A stretch of DNA of 64,000 nucleotides, from contig CAVTJJ010000004.1 of assembly GCA_963735035.1 (NCBI GenBank), positions 1,440,001 through 1,504,000 of the forward strand, in the 5' to 3' direction. The position numbers and the translations under genes are program-made. Shown one piece after another: positions 1-9,801 of this stretch (its first letter is position 1; every line of letters begins with the position of its first letter). This stretch comes from an uncultured candidate division Zixibacteria bacterium (lineage in GTDB: Bacteria; Zixibacteria; MSB-5A5; GN15; FEB-12). Below the pieces are notes generated by a model that saw nothing but the letters and a program-made list of their open reading frames with translations, was not told where the DNA came from and did not search any database.

Positions 1-2
1 CT

Positions 3-1184
3 AAAGCGACCGTTGCTCTGATATCGGCGATCATTATTTCTATAGTGACGGTTTCGTGCGGCCGGCTTTATCGTCTACAGCCAGAGTCGAAATCTCAGGG
101 GCAATATGCTTGCTCCAGAGGTACCGAGGCTCAATTGGGCGCTCTTGACTCAACGCAGATTATTGACGGTTTCAAACTCCTCTGGAAGGCATCGGTGACC
201 GGCAAACCGGCCGGCCCACTTTCAATACACAACGGGGCGCTGGTATACCCGGATACGCGGAAGAAGATCAGGTTCTACGATGTCACTACCGGGCATCAAC
301 TGGGCCGGTGGAAGGCCAAGGGCGTACCACAAACAGGTATGGCGGTTTTCGACAGCATAGCTGTCTTTGGTGTGGCCCCTCGCCGTGATTTTCTAAGGGC
401 GGTCGATCTGTTTTCGGCTAAGAGATTGTGGCAGAAGAAGGTGAAGGATGTTGCCGCAGGGCCGATAATAGTAGGTAACCGCCTTATCGTCAGTTCCGGA
501 GACGGCACATTACGCGCTCTGGACCTTGATGATGGAGCATTGGTCTGGACGTTTGTCGGAGATCAGCGACCCGCCGCTGCGGCCAGTTACGGCCACGAGA
601 GGATTTTTCAACCGGCCGAGCGAGGTTGGTTGTATGCGGTGTCGCCGGACAGTGGTCGTGAGTTGTACCGGGTTCGTCTCGACGGATCTCTGGTGAGTCC
701 GGTGGCCGTCGCAGACTTCGTGTATGCGACCACCGTGACCGGCTGGGTGTACGCGCTGAATCCGGGTGACGGTTCGGTCGTGTGGAAGACCGAGGTCGAC
801 GCTCCGATCTGGACCAGCCCTTCAGTAGGGCACGGACGGGTGCTGGTCGGTGATAGTCGTGGCAAAGTGATCGCCCTCGATGCGGCGTCCGGGCAGGAGC
901 TCTGGCGCTTCGAGATCGGCGAAGTCATCCGTGCCTCGACACTCTTGGTCGGCGACCGGGTCGTAGTCGGAACCATGACCGGGCGTCTGTTGATGCTCAG
1001 GGCCGACGACGGCAGCGTCGTGGATTCGACCCGAGTCAAAGGCGCCGTGCAGTTTGCTCCGGTGTCTGATGGAAGGCGGTTGTTCGTAGCTACGCAAGCA
1101 GGCAAGATTTTCTGTTTCGGAGACCGCAATGAACAAGCCGAACCCGCCCGTCAAGGAATCAACCCTCAGCTTCAATCTCAATGA
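3..1184 (+). CDS. PQQ-like beta-propeller lipoprotein (BamB-like), 5' truncated by the window edge
   Basis: Repeated 'ALDxxxGxxxW' blades. The frame is open from position 3 and reads KATVALISAIIISIVTVSC, a hydrophobic signal with a lipobox-like Cys. Confidence 0.8.
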   Translation, partial: KATVALISAIIISIVTVSCGRLYRLQPESKSQGQYACSRGTEAQLGALDSTQIIDGFKLLWKASVTGKPAGPLSIHNGALVYPDTRKKIRFYDVTTGHQLGRWKAKGVPQTGMAVFDSIAVFGVAPRRDFLRAVDLFSAKRLWQKKVKDVAAGPIIVGNRLIVSSGDGTLRALDLDDGALVWTFVGDQRPAAAASYGHERIFQPAERGWLYAVSPDSGRELYRVRLDGSLVSPVAVADFVYATTVTGWVYALNPGDGSVVWKTEVDAPIWTSPSVGHGRVLVGDSRGKVIALDAASGQELWRFEIGEVIRASTLLVGDRVVVGTMTGRLLMLRADDGSVVDSTRVKGAVQFAPVSDGRRLFVATQAGKIFCFGDRNEQAEPARQGINPQLQSQ

Positions 1185-3333
1185 AGAAGCCCACAACTTT
1201 GTTCGCGAGCTGGCCATGGCCGGGCGCAAGGTCGCCATTTACGGCAAGGGCCATCCGCTCGCGATGAAGGCTGTCGAGAAGCCGTTCTTCTCACTCGGTT
1301 ACATCTTTCGCTACAAGTTGCTCGTCAATGTCAACGTCCAGCGCGGCGAACTGTATGTGCTTAACATCCGCCTCAAGGATTCACCCTTCTCGACCCAGAT
1401 TATTCAGTTCCTGCAGTCGCTCGACGTCAACGCCATCCTGTTCGAACGCCGCATGAACGTCAATGAATTCGGCCGCTTCGTGCAGATATTAATTGACCGC
1501 CAGGCGCAATACAACGCCACGTTCAATTTCGCGGATCAACTCGCTCGAGAAGGCATCGAGAGTATCCAGGTAAACTCCGATGATGGTTGCGCACTGTTTG
1601 ATGATCACAAACAGTACCGCGGAGACGTGTTCGGTGATTTCTCGGTACGTCGGCTGGCGATGGATCAGCTCGGCGACGATCCGATCAGGCTGGCCCGGAT
1701 ACGCAATGTCAACGAGGAAGGACTGCGCGATCACGGCATCGATTTCGATTCGGCCATCGTGGCGTACCTGATTCCGGAGCGAATGGCCTCGATTGATGCC
1801 GGACGGATTCGACGCGTTCTTACGCAACTGGCGGATCAGATCAACAACTCTGATTCGGGTCAGATAAAGGCCCGCGAAGCCACGTCTGACTATATGTCGT
1901 TGTTCAAACTCGTGGAATTCCATCCTGAGAAGAAGCGTATCGTTGAGAATCTGGAAGATCGCCGTGAGTCGGAAGGGTATGGCGACGCCATGACAGAGAC
2001 CGGTGCGATCCGTGTTCAGACCAGCGCCTTTGTGGATCAGCTTTTTGAGCGGATGTTTTCCGCCCAGCCAGCCGAATTCGAACCGGAATCGTTTGCGGAT
2101 GCATTCGTACGCCTTCTGAAGACCGGTCAGCAGTCGAAAGCGGCCGAGGTGGTGGGGCGATTGACCGACCTCATGAGCGCGCCCGAACCGGAATTCCGCC
2201 AGCGCGCGCTGCACCTTCTGGGTTTCGCGACCGCCGAACTGACCCATGCGGTCGATACGGTCGTTCTGGAAGAAGCTGTGAACAATGTCGTGAAACGTCT
2301 GAAAGCGAAAACCGAGACCTACGAGTATTCGGAATTCCTCTGGCTGCTTTTCGTCGCCTGTCAGGAAACCGCACGCTACGATCTGGCGGCGCGTTTGACC
2401 CGCGCGATGGCCACCCGCCGATCCATGAGTGAAAATGTAACCGTGTACGATTCGATGGCGGTCAAGAAGGGGTTTGAGAATATCGGCCGTCGCAAAACGA
2501 TTGATCGCTTGATGCGTGAATTGATCTCGGCTCAGGGCGAGACGATGGTGCATTTGAAGGATATTCTCGTAGCAATCGGTTCGGAAGAGATCGCGCTGGC
2601 GCTTAGTCAGATTATCTCGCATCCGGTTCGGACGGTGCGCCAGTTGACTCTCAAAATACTCGCGGAGTTGGGCAAGTCGTCGTTGATAGTCTTTTCACGA
2701 ATCATCTTCGATGACACGATGTTCGCCCGCGAGGCTCAAAAGTACGAACTGCCCGACGACAAATGGTACGTAGTTCGCAATTCAATTTTCGTAATAGGCT
2801 CTTTGCGTGATCCGGGCGGCGTGGCACCGTTGCGAGTTCGGATCGACGATTGCGATGTCCGGGTGCGGCGGGAAATCGTGAGCGCCCTGGAAAAGATTGG
2901 CGGGGAAGAAGCTCTCGACTGTTTGACGCTGATGGCGGACGATCCTATTGTCGAAGTTCGCGAGGCGGCGATTATTGCGATCGGCCTGGCTGGACGACCC
3001 GAGGCGGCTCCGATCTTGATTGACATCGCCAAACGGAATCCACGCAGCGCCATGAAGGCCGTCACCGCTCTCGGCAAGTTGGGCGGTTCGGAGGCGGGCA
3101 AGTTCCTCGGTCGTCTCTTGAACGACCCGCAGGCCATCTCAGAACTGGCCCACGGGGCTGTTTCAAAGGATGATCTCAGGCTGGCCGCGGTGAAGGCTCT
3201 CGCCCAAATTGGCGATCCGGAAGCGGTCGAGCAGGTAAGGCAGTTCCGGGATAGCCAGTCGGCCACGCAGAAGATTCTTTTCAAGACATCGGCGCTAAAC
3301 CGGGTTGTTGCGGACGTATTAGCTCGCCACTAG
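1129..3333 (+). CDS. HEAT-repeat domain protein
   Basis: 734 aa with C-terminal HEAT/PBS-lyase repeats (VRREIVSALEKIG, VREAAIIAIG, LRLAAVKALAQIG). Confidence 0.8.
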   Translation: MNKPNPPVKESTLSFNLNEEAHNFVRELAMAGRKVAIYGKGHPLAMKAVEKPFFSLGYIFRYKLLVNVNVQRGELYVLNIRLKDSPFSTQIIQFLQSLDVNAILFERRMNVNEFGRFVQILIDRQAQYNATFNFADQLAREGIESIQVNSDDGCALFDDHKQYRGDVFGDFSVRRLAMDQLGDDPIRLARIRNVNEEGLRDHGIDFDSAIVAYLIPERMASIDAGRIRRVLTQLADQINNSDSGQIKAREATSDYMSLFKLVEFHPEKKRIVENLEDRRESEGYGDAMTETGAIRVQTSAFVDQLFERMFSAQPAEFEPESFADAFVRLLKTGQQSKAAEVVGRLTDLMSAPEPEFRQRALHLLGFATAELTHAVDTVVLEEAVNNVVKRLKAKTETYEYSEFLWLLFVACQETARYDLAARLTRAMATRRSMSENVTVYDSMAVKKGFENIGRRKTIDRLMRELISAQGETMVHLKDILVAIGSEEIALALSQIISHPVRTVRQLTLKILAELGKSSLIVFSRIIFDDTMFAREAQKYELPDDKWYVVRNSIFVIGSLRDPGGVAPLRVRIDDCDVRVRREIVSALEKIGGEEALDCLTLMADDPIVEVREAAIIAIGLAGRPEAAPILIDIAKRNPRSAMKAVTALGKLGGSEAGKFLGRLLNDPQAISELAHGAVSKDDLRLAAVKALAQIGDPEAVEQVRQFRDSQSATQKILFKTSALNRVVADVLARH

Positions 3334-3354
3334 ACCAATCGATTGATTCGCTTG

Positions 3355-3430
3355 CGCCACAATGGCAGAAAGATGCCATTGTGGCGCTTCTATTTATGTC
3401 GTAATGGCATTTGATAGTGCCGTTATGGCA
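3355..3430. promoter_or_regulatory. Array of four 13-bp palindromic sites, putative enhancer (UAS) for a sigma54 activator
   Basis: CGCCACAATGGCA (3355), TGCCATTGTGGCG (3374), TGTCGTAATGGCA (3397), TGCCGTTATGGCA (3418), spaced 19-23 bp. Confidence 0.55.
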
Positions 3431-3495
3431 GTCGTTGTCGCTACCATTCCTTATCAGATTTCGTATCATCCTGTCGTTCAGACACTTAGTTGTCT

Positions 3496-3511
3496 TGGCA
3501 CACGGGTTGTA
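3496..3511 (+). promoter_or_regulatory. Putative sigma54 -24/-12 promoter of hsp20
   Basis: TGGCAC-ACGGG-TTGTA has correct GG-N10 spacing, with GT rather than GC at -12. Confidence 0.55.
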
Positions 3512-3585
3512 ATATGTCTGGCAGAAGTTAAGAAGTATCTGAAAGACAAAACGACTGAAGAACAATAGGAAATGAGGTTACCAAA

Positions 3586-4023
3586 ATGACGTTCCTAACC
3601 GTGAGACCGAAAAGAGACCCATGGGTCGGCGAGATTGACAACTGGTTTGAAGATTTCTGTCGCATGCCGATCAGGATCAACCAGGACCAGGCAGGGTTCT
3701 CCCCGCGCGTGAATGTCGACGAGACCAAGGAGGAAGTACGGCTGACGTTCGAACTTCCGGGCATGGAGAAGAAGGACATCAAGGTTACCATGCACGACGG
3801 CATGCTGACCGTGTCAGGGAAACGCGAGATGAAGCAGGAATCCAGCGACGATAGCTGTGTGCGTCGGGAAATTCGCGCCGGCGAGTTCGCTCGCTCGTTC
3901 ACTCTTCCGGAGACGGTCGATGCTGAAAAGATTTCGGCGGACTACAAGAACGGCCTGCTTGAGATCAAGCTGGTCAAGCGGGAAGAGGTTAAGCCGAAAG
4001 AGATTGAAGTCAAGGTCACCTAA
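3586..4023 (+). CDS. Hsp20/alpha-crystallin small heat shock protein
   Basis: Motifs PRVNVDE, ELPG, GEFARSFTLP and ADYKNGLLEI. Confidence 0.95.
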   Translation: MTFLTVRPKRDPWVGEIDNWFEDFCRMPIRINQDQAGFSPRVNVDETKEEVRLTFELPGMEKKDIKVTMHDGMLTVSGKREMKQESSDDSCVRREIRAGEFARSFTLPETVDAEKISADYKNGLLEIKLVKREEVKPKEIEVKVT

Positions 4024-4062
4024 GTGCCTCGAGACAACACTCCCACATGCTCAAGAGTGCGC

Positions 4063-4095
4063 AGGGCTGACCGGTTATGGTCAGCCCTTTGTCTT
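4063..4095 (+). terminator. Intrinsic terminator after hsp20
   Basis: AGGGCTGACC-ggttat-GGTCAGCCCT followed by TTGTCTT. Confidence 0.6.
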
Positions 4096-4169
4096 GAATG
4101 GCTAGGAGATGTCAGCAAGAAGCCCTACATTGATTGGGGCACGACAGGATCGGAAGAGTGTTAAGAATA

Positions 4170-4612
4170 GAGATGTTGGTCGGGTTTGCCACAGTAGGTC
4201 GGGTATGAAGAATGTAGGTCGGGTTCACGAGGAGTTCGCAAAGCGAACGCCGAGCAACCCTACACATAGACCGAGTCGTAGGGCAGAACCCTCGGCCGCT
4301 TCGGACGAGTGGTTCTGCCGCCCGAAACGGAACCGGAGGTTCCGTCACCCCCGTGAAGACGGGGGTCCATGTGGTAAAATGGTTGTCGGTAGATGCGGTC
4401 GCGAGTGGTCATGGGTACCCGCCTTCGCGGGTATGACGGCCTTGCGGCCGTTGCACGATGTCGCCTTTCGACAGGCCCAGGGTGACAAAAAGTAGGTCGG
4501 GTTTACGGAGTCGTGAGCGAAGCGAGAGACGACAAACCCGACACTATGCTACGACATGGTTGAAGATGTCGGGTTGCGCGCTCCAAGCGTCAATACGCGT
4601 AACCCGACCTAC
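4170..4612. repeat. Cluster of several REP-like palindrome families
   Basis: GTAGGTCGGGTT..AACCCGAC copies (about 4194, 4214, 4492, 4568), GTAGGGCAGAACC..GGTTCTGCC (4278), and a CGTC-type inverted pair (4343-4438). Confidence 0.85.
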
Positions 4613-4737
4613 GAAGATGGGTGCCCCGCCTGAAGCGGGGCAAGACAGAAATGAAGCGCAGTGGAATTTGATCTTGTAGGGCGGGTCCGCTTCGAACCCG
4701 CCATGAACCGGCAGATGTGGGCATCTGCCGGGCACGT
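4603..4737 (+). repeat. 135-bp composite REP unit, copy 1 (direct repeat of 5916-6050)
   Basis: Near-identical to 5916-6050 including the non-palindromic linkers. Confidence 0.9.
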
Positions 4738-4759
4738 GAATGAGAATCGATGTGATAGT

Positions 4760-5719
4760 ATGAAGAAAGATTTCTACAACATACTCGGCGTGCCGGAAGA
4801 CGCGCCCCAGGACCGCATCAAGAAAGTGTATCGTTCTCTGGCCAAGAAGTTTCATCCCGATCGCAACCAGGGTGACACGACAGCCGAGGCGAAGTTCAAA
4901 GAGGTGCAGGAAGCGTATTCGGTCCTCTCCGACCCGAAGAAGCGCGAAGAATACGATATGATGCGCAAGTACGGCAACTACACCGGGGCCAGCGAGGCCG
5001 GGTTCGGTGCCGATGGCATGAATGGCTTTGATATCTCGGACCTTTTCCGAGGCGGCGCCAACGGGGGCCGGGTCTTTCACTTTTCAACTACTGGTGACAC
5101 CGACGGCGCGGAAGACATGGACGAGCTGCTCGGTTCGTTGTTCGGAAGTCGCGGCAGGCGTCGTGCAGGTGCGCATCGAAGCGGGGAAGAGATATTCGCT
5201 GGCAACCGCACTCGTCGCGGCGCAGATCTGTCGACCAGCGTAACAATACCTTTCCTGGAGTCGGTCACGGGTGTGACAAAGACCTTGCATGCGCACGATT
5301 CGAATAAGACTATACGTGTAGCTATCCCGACGGGGATCGACGACGGCGGCCGGATTCGTCTGAAAGGGCAGGGACTGCCCGGCCTTTACGGCGGTCGCGA
5401 CGGTGATCTGATAATTATGGTGAGGGTTATGCCTGATCAGTATTTCAAGCGCGAGGGCAACGACGTGCATACGTCGGTGGAAGTGTCGTTTATCGACGCT
5501 ATCAAAGGGTGCAAACGGGAGGTGCGGACGTTGTCCCGCACGGTCTCGCTGACGATTCCGCCGGGCACGCAACCGGGGACGAAACTTCGGTTGAAGGGCA
5601 TGGGCCTGGAAGTCGGTGGAGTGGCCGGTGACCAATATGTCGAAGTGAAAGTGACGTTACCGACGACGCTGACGGAGAAGCAGAAGAAATTGGTGGAAGA
5701 GTGGGGCGACGAGAAGTAA
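4760..5719 (+). CDS. DnaJ-class (type II, CbpA-like) co-chaperone
   Basis: J domain (KDFYNILGV...HPD), G/F-rich linker and C-terminal DnaJ domain; no Zn finger. ATG 4760 is preferred because the upstream extension only translates REP DNA. Confidence 0.93.
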   Translation: MKKDFYNILGVPEDAPQDRIKKVYRSLAKKFHPDRNQGDTTAEAKFKEVQEAYSVLSDPKKREEYDMMRKYGNYTGASEAGFGADGMNGFDISDLFRGGANGGRVFHFSTTGDTDGAEDMDELLGSLFGSRGRRRAGAHRSGEEIFAGNRTRRGADLSTSVTIPFLESVTGVTKTLHAHDSNKTIRVAIPTGIDDGGRIRLKGQGLPGLYGGRDGDLIIMVRVMPDQYFKREGNDVHTSVEVSFIDAIKGCKREVRTLSRTVSLTIPPGTQPGTKLRLKGMGLEVGGVAGDQYVEVKVTLPTTLTEKQKKLVEEWGDEK

Positions 5720-5729
5720 CCGTAGGTTC

Positions 5730-5876
5730 CGTCATTCCCGCGAAGGCGGGAACCCAGTCAAGGCGGCTGGTCAGTGAAGCAGATTGAATATGAGAGCGCT
5801 TTGGCGAATGACACATGGATGATGATGCGATGGTGATCAGCGGTCTTGGCTGGGTACCTGCCTCCGCAGGTATGAC
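5730..5876. repeat. CGTC-type REP inverted pair (MITE-like)
   Basis: CGTCATTCCCGCGAAGGCGGGAACCCAG ... CTGGGTACCTGCCTCCGCAGGTATGAC. Confidence 0.85.
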
Positions 5877-5915
5877 AGTCTGGCGGCCGTCGTCAAATGT
5901 CGGGATGACAAGCAT

Positions 5916-6050
5916 CCCGACCTACGAAGATGGGTGCCCCGCCTGAAGCGGGGCAGGACAGAGAAGGAACGCAGCGGAATTTGATCTTGTAGGGCGGGTC
6001 CGCTTCGAACCCGCCATGAATCGGCAGATGTGGGCATCTGCCGGGCACGT
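5916..6050 (+). repeat. 135-bp composite REP unit, copy 2
   Basis: Direct repeat of 4603-4737. Confidence 0.9.
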
Positions 6051-6157
6051 TTAAGGGGCAGACGAGGACGTCTGCCGCCCAAACGAAGATGGGTGCCCTG
6101 CTGAAGCGGGGCAAGCTCAGAGATGAGGCCCACGAAGATTACTGAGGTGATACATAT

Positions 6158-8796
6158 ATGAACTTGAACAGGTTTACACAGAAATCAATCGACGCCATCA
6201 GCGAGGCGCAAGGCTTGGCGCAGACCGCGGAACATCCGCAAGTCACCCCCGAGCACTTGCTCAAGGCGTTACTTCGACCAGGAAGACGGGCTCGTGCCGC
6301 AGGTCATCAAGAAGATGGGCGCCGACCTGAATGCGCTCAGCAACGAAATCGACAATGCGCTCGCCACGCTGCCGCATCAGACCGGCGGACAGGTCTATCC
6401 GTCGAACGAGCTCAGTCAGATCATGCTCAAGGCCGAGAAAGAGCTCAAGCAGTTCAAGGATGAATATGTCTCGGTCGAGCATCTGCTGCTCGCTATGCTC
6501 GAAGTCAAATGTCCGGCGTCAGAGGCGCTCAAAGCGGCCGGAGTCAAGCGGACCGAACTGCTCAAGGCGCTGGCGTCGATTCGCGGCGCCACACGCGTGA
6601 CCGACGACAACCCGGAATCCAAATATGGCGTGCTGGAGAAATACTCCCGCGATCTGACCGCAGTGGCTCGCGAAGGGAAGCTCGATCCGGTGATCGGCCG
6701 CGACGACGAAATCCGACGCATCATCAAGATTCTCTCCCGTCGCACCAAGAACAACCCGGTGCTGATCGGCGAGCCGGGCACGGGCAAGACCGCGGTGGTC
6801 GAGGGACTGGCGCAGAAGATCGCTATCGGCGAGGTCCCGGAGACGCTCAAAGACCGTCAACTGGTCGCGCTCGACCTCGGTGCGCTGATTGCCGGATCGA
6901 AATTCCGCGGCGAATTCGAGGAACGGCTCAAGGCGATTCTCAAAGAAGTTGAGGCGTCCGACGGTCGGATCATTGCTGTTCATCGACGAAATGCACACGA
7001 TTGTCGGCGCGGGAGCGGCCGAAGGCTCGATGGATGCCTCCAACATGCTCAAACCGGCGCTGGCGCGCGGGGAAATCCGATTTGTCGGCGCGACCACGCT
7101 CGATGAGTACCGCAAGCATGTCGAAAAAGACGCCGCGCTCGAACGTCGGTTCGCACCGGTGTTGATCGAGCCGCCGACAGTCGAGGAGACGGTTTCGATT
7201 CTGCGCGGTCTGCGCGAACGGTACGAGGTGTTCCACGGTATCAAGATTTCGGATGCGCGCGATTGTCGCGGCGGCGAAATTGTCGGATCGGTATATCGCC
7301 GACCGGTTTCTGCCGGACAAGGCGATTGATCTGGTCGATGAAGCCGCGGCCGAGCTGCGCATTTCAATCGACTCGATGCCGGAAGAACTTGATGCAGTCG
7401 AAAAGCGGATTCGTCAGCTCGAAATCGAAAAGGAAGGGGTCAAGCGCGAGAAAGACGCTCGCCGAACGCCTCAAACCGATTGAGAAGGAACTCAAGGAGC
7501 TCTACGCCCAGCGCGACGATCTCCAGACGCAATGGGAGAAAGAGAAAGACACGGTCGAGGCGATCCGCGGCCGAAAAGTCGAAATCGAAGAGCTCAAACA
7601 TCGGGCGGCCGATGCCGAGCGGCGCGGCCGACTATGAAGCGGCGGCGAGAATCAAGTACGGCGAAATGGCCGAAGCCGAAAAGAAGCTGGAGTTTCTGAC
7701 CCATTCGCTGACGGCGATTCAGCAGAAACGGCAGCTTCTCAAGGAAGTGGTCGACGCCGATGATATCGCCGAGGTCGTCTCGAAGTGGACCGGCATCCCG
7801 GTGACCCGGCTGACCGAATCGGAGACCGGAGAAACTGCTTCGTCTCGAAGATGAACTGCACAAGCGGGTGATCGGGCAGGACGAAGCGGTCGACGGCGGT
7901 CTCCAATGCCGTGCGTCAGTCGCGCGCCGGTCTGTCCGACCCGAATCGTCCGATCGGCTCGTTCATTTTCCTCGGCCCGACCGGCGTCGGGAAGACCGAA
8001 CTGGCGCGGGCGCTGGCGGAATTTCTCTACGGCACCGAGGAGGCGATTGTACGGATCGACATGTCCGAGTACATGGAGAAACATTCCGTGTCGCGACTGA
8101 TCGGCGCGCCGCCCGGGATATGTCGGCTACGACGAGGGCGGGCAGTTGACCGAGGCGGTGCGGCGACGTCCGTACGCGGTGGTGCTGCTCGATGAAATCG
8201 AGAAGGCGCATCCGGAAGTGTTCAACATCCTGTTGCAGGTGCTCGACGACGGCCGTCTGACCGACAACAAGGGGCGGACAGTGTCGTTCAAGAACGCCAT
8301 TCTGATCATGACGTCGAATATCGCGGCGGAGTATATCCAGCAGGAATCGGCCAATCTCGGCGAGTTCAACCGCGACGTCATCTATGAGAACATGCGCAAG
8401 ACGGTGCTGGAGACGCTGCGGCGGACGCTTCGTCCGGAGTTCCTGAATCGTATCGACGAGACGATTGTGTTTTCGGCGCTGACCCTCGACGAGATCAAGG
8501 ATATTGTCCGCTTGCAGTTGAAGCATCTGGAACTGTTGCTGGTGGACAAGAACATTGCCCTGGCGGTAAGTGACGACGCGGTGGGTTGCATTGCTGAAAC
8601 GGCGTTTGATTCATCGTTTGGTGCGCGCCCGATCAAGCGATTCATCAACAAAGAGCTGACGCAGCGGGTGGCGCAGATGCTTTTGTCCGGTGCAGTCAAA
8701 CCGGGGCAGACGCTTGAAGTCGACCGCGGAAAGAGCGGCGAGTTAGCCTTAACGGCCGCCAATGATTCACCTCGGGCGGAGACGGTCGAGAAATAG
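6158..8796 (+). CDS. clpB: ATP-dependent chaperone ClpB, eight apparent +1 frameshifts (probably sequencing errors)
   Basis: Fragments give [46 protein letters not shown], the M-domain coiled coil, [15 protein letters not shown] and GARPIKR. Removing one base at each of eight sites restores one frame. Confidence 0.9.
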
Positions 8797-8803
8797 GATG
8801 AAG

Positions 8804-8898
8804 AGTAGGTCGGGTTCACGAGGAGTCCGCGAAGCGAACGCCGAGCAACCCGACACGCGTAATCCGGGAACCGGCAGATGTGGACATCTGCCGGGCAC
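8804..8898. repeat. GTAGGTCGGGTT-type REP plus GTGC-type REP
   Basis: 8804 matches the 4214 element. 8871-8898 is CCGGCAGATGTGGACATCTGCCGGGCAC. Confidence 0.85.
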
Positions 8899-8980
8899 GT
8901 TGAAGGGCAGGCATCGTAGGGTATAACCCCTTGGTGGTTCTGCTGGACAAGACTGGACTCTTAAGTATAATCTGTGTATA

Positions 8981-9673
8981 ATGGGCGGAGAGTCACAGCG
9001 ATATAGCAGGAGGTCTGGGATGGTCGCCAATATTGTTAAGTGGAGTGTCATGGTGCTTCTACCTCTGTCCGCACAATGCGCTTCTTTGTGCGAACAATTC
9101 TTCACAGTACAGGGCAAGTCGTACGGCACAATGTCGGTCCTGGCCTACCAGGAGCAGTTGACGGGAGATTGCGAACAGTATCGACTACACTTGGTATTCA
9201 TAAACGATTCCCTGACCACGTCAATTGAGACTGAAGGGTTGTCATCGCCACCTTCGCAGATGGATGGCTTCTTTGAGTTGTTCGGAAGAGAGCGATGTGA
9301 CACCCTACGGGATTCGAGCGGGGTGTTCATAATCGGTTACAGGGAATCTTGTTCTGTTCCTAAGGAAGATACAAGTTTCAATCGCAAGTGGGTCGATTTC
9401 TTGAGGTCGGGAGGCAGCAGCTCCCGAGATTGGTGCGAACTTTATCCTCTCGAATGCACAGAATACCCTGCTTTTCATGGCGTAGAGGCCGCTCTCCTCT
9501 ACAAACACCCAGGTGCACTCTATCGGGGATACTCCATTGCAACCTCCCTTTATTATCCGACTTCAAAGATCCTAGTTCTTATTACCCACCAACCGCGCAA
9601 GGCAGTTGGCCTAGATACGATGCACGGAGTGCTGGTGTATCGACTCAAGTCATCGACCGGTCAGGAGCCATAG
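8981..9673 (+). CDS. Hypothetical exported protein (start may be ATG 9020)
   Basis: 230-aa ORF with a hydrophobic N-terminal segment; looks AT-richer than its neighbours. Confidence 0.6.
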   Translation: MGGESQRYSRRSGMVANIVKWSVMVLLPLSAQCASLCEQFFTVQGKSYGTMSVLAYQEQLTGDCEQYRLHLVFINDSLTTSIETEGLSSPPSQMDGFFELFGRERCDTLRDSSGVFIIGYRESCSVPKEDTSFNRKWVDFLRSGGSSSRDWCELYPLECTEYPAFHGVEAALLYKHPGALYRGYSIATSLYYPTSKILVLITHQPRKAVGLDTMHGVLVYRLKSSTGQEP

Positions 9674-9740
9674 GCTCCTGAATATACTCTATCGTGCGTC
9701 GCGCGAGCGTCAGGAGGCAAAGGCCTCCTGACCTACTAGC

Positions 9741-9767
9741 TAAGACTCGATTCAAGACTGCCGATAT
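9741..9767 (+). promoter_or_regulatory. Putative sigma28 (FliA) promoter of cheY-cheX
   Basis: TAAG-N15-GCCGATAT. Confidence 0.7.
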
Positions 9768-9801
9768 TAACCAGAAATACTGATACTTTGGGGGAGAGCT
9801 T

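Noticed and set aside
1489..2622. Long antisense ORFs (also 24396-25433, 41982-43190, 48968-49969)
   Set aside because: Shadow frames of well-supported genes, as expected in GC-rich DNA.
4034..4063. CIRCE (HrcA) operator after hsp20
   Set aside because: CACTC..GAGTG has a 12-nt spacer rather than 9 and the outer arms do not match TTAG/CTAA.
4109..4679. ORFs in repeat-rich gaps (also 5502-6133, 11427-11990, 17572-18458, 26761-27444, 37831-38235, 42947-43598, 59103-59512)
   Set aside because: They are translations of GC-rich palindromes, giving recurrent VPGRCPHLP and WVPAFAGMT peptides, with no other coding signal.
4661..4759. N-terminal extensions of dnaJ, rpiB (37370), glyA (38130) and DUF512 (43459)
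   Set aside because: They run through REPs, non-coding DNA or the tRNA; family homology starts at the downstream ATGs.
6158..8796. Programmed frameshifting or true clpB pseudogene
   Set aside because: Eight same-sign insertions with no shared slippery motif and no other decay; the same error type occurs in the essential gene der.
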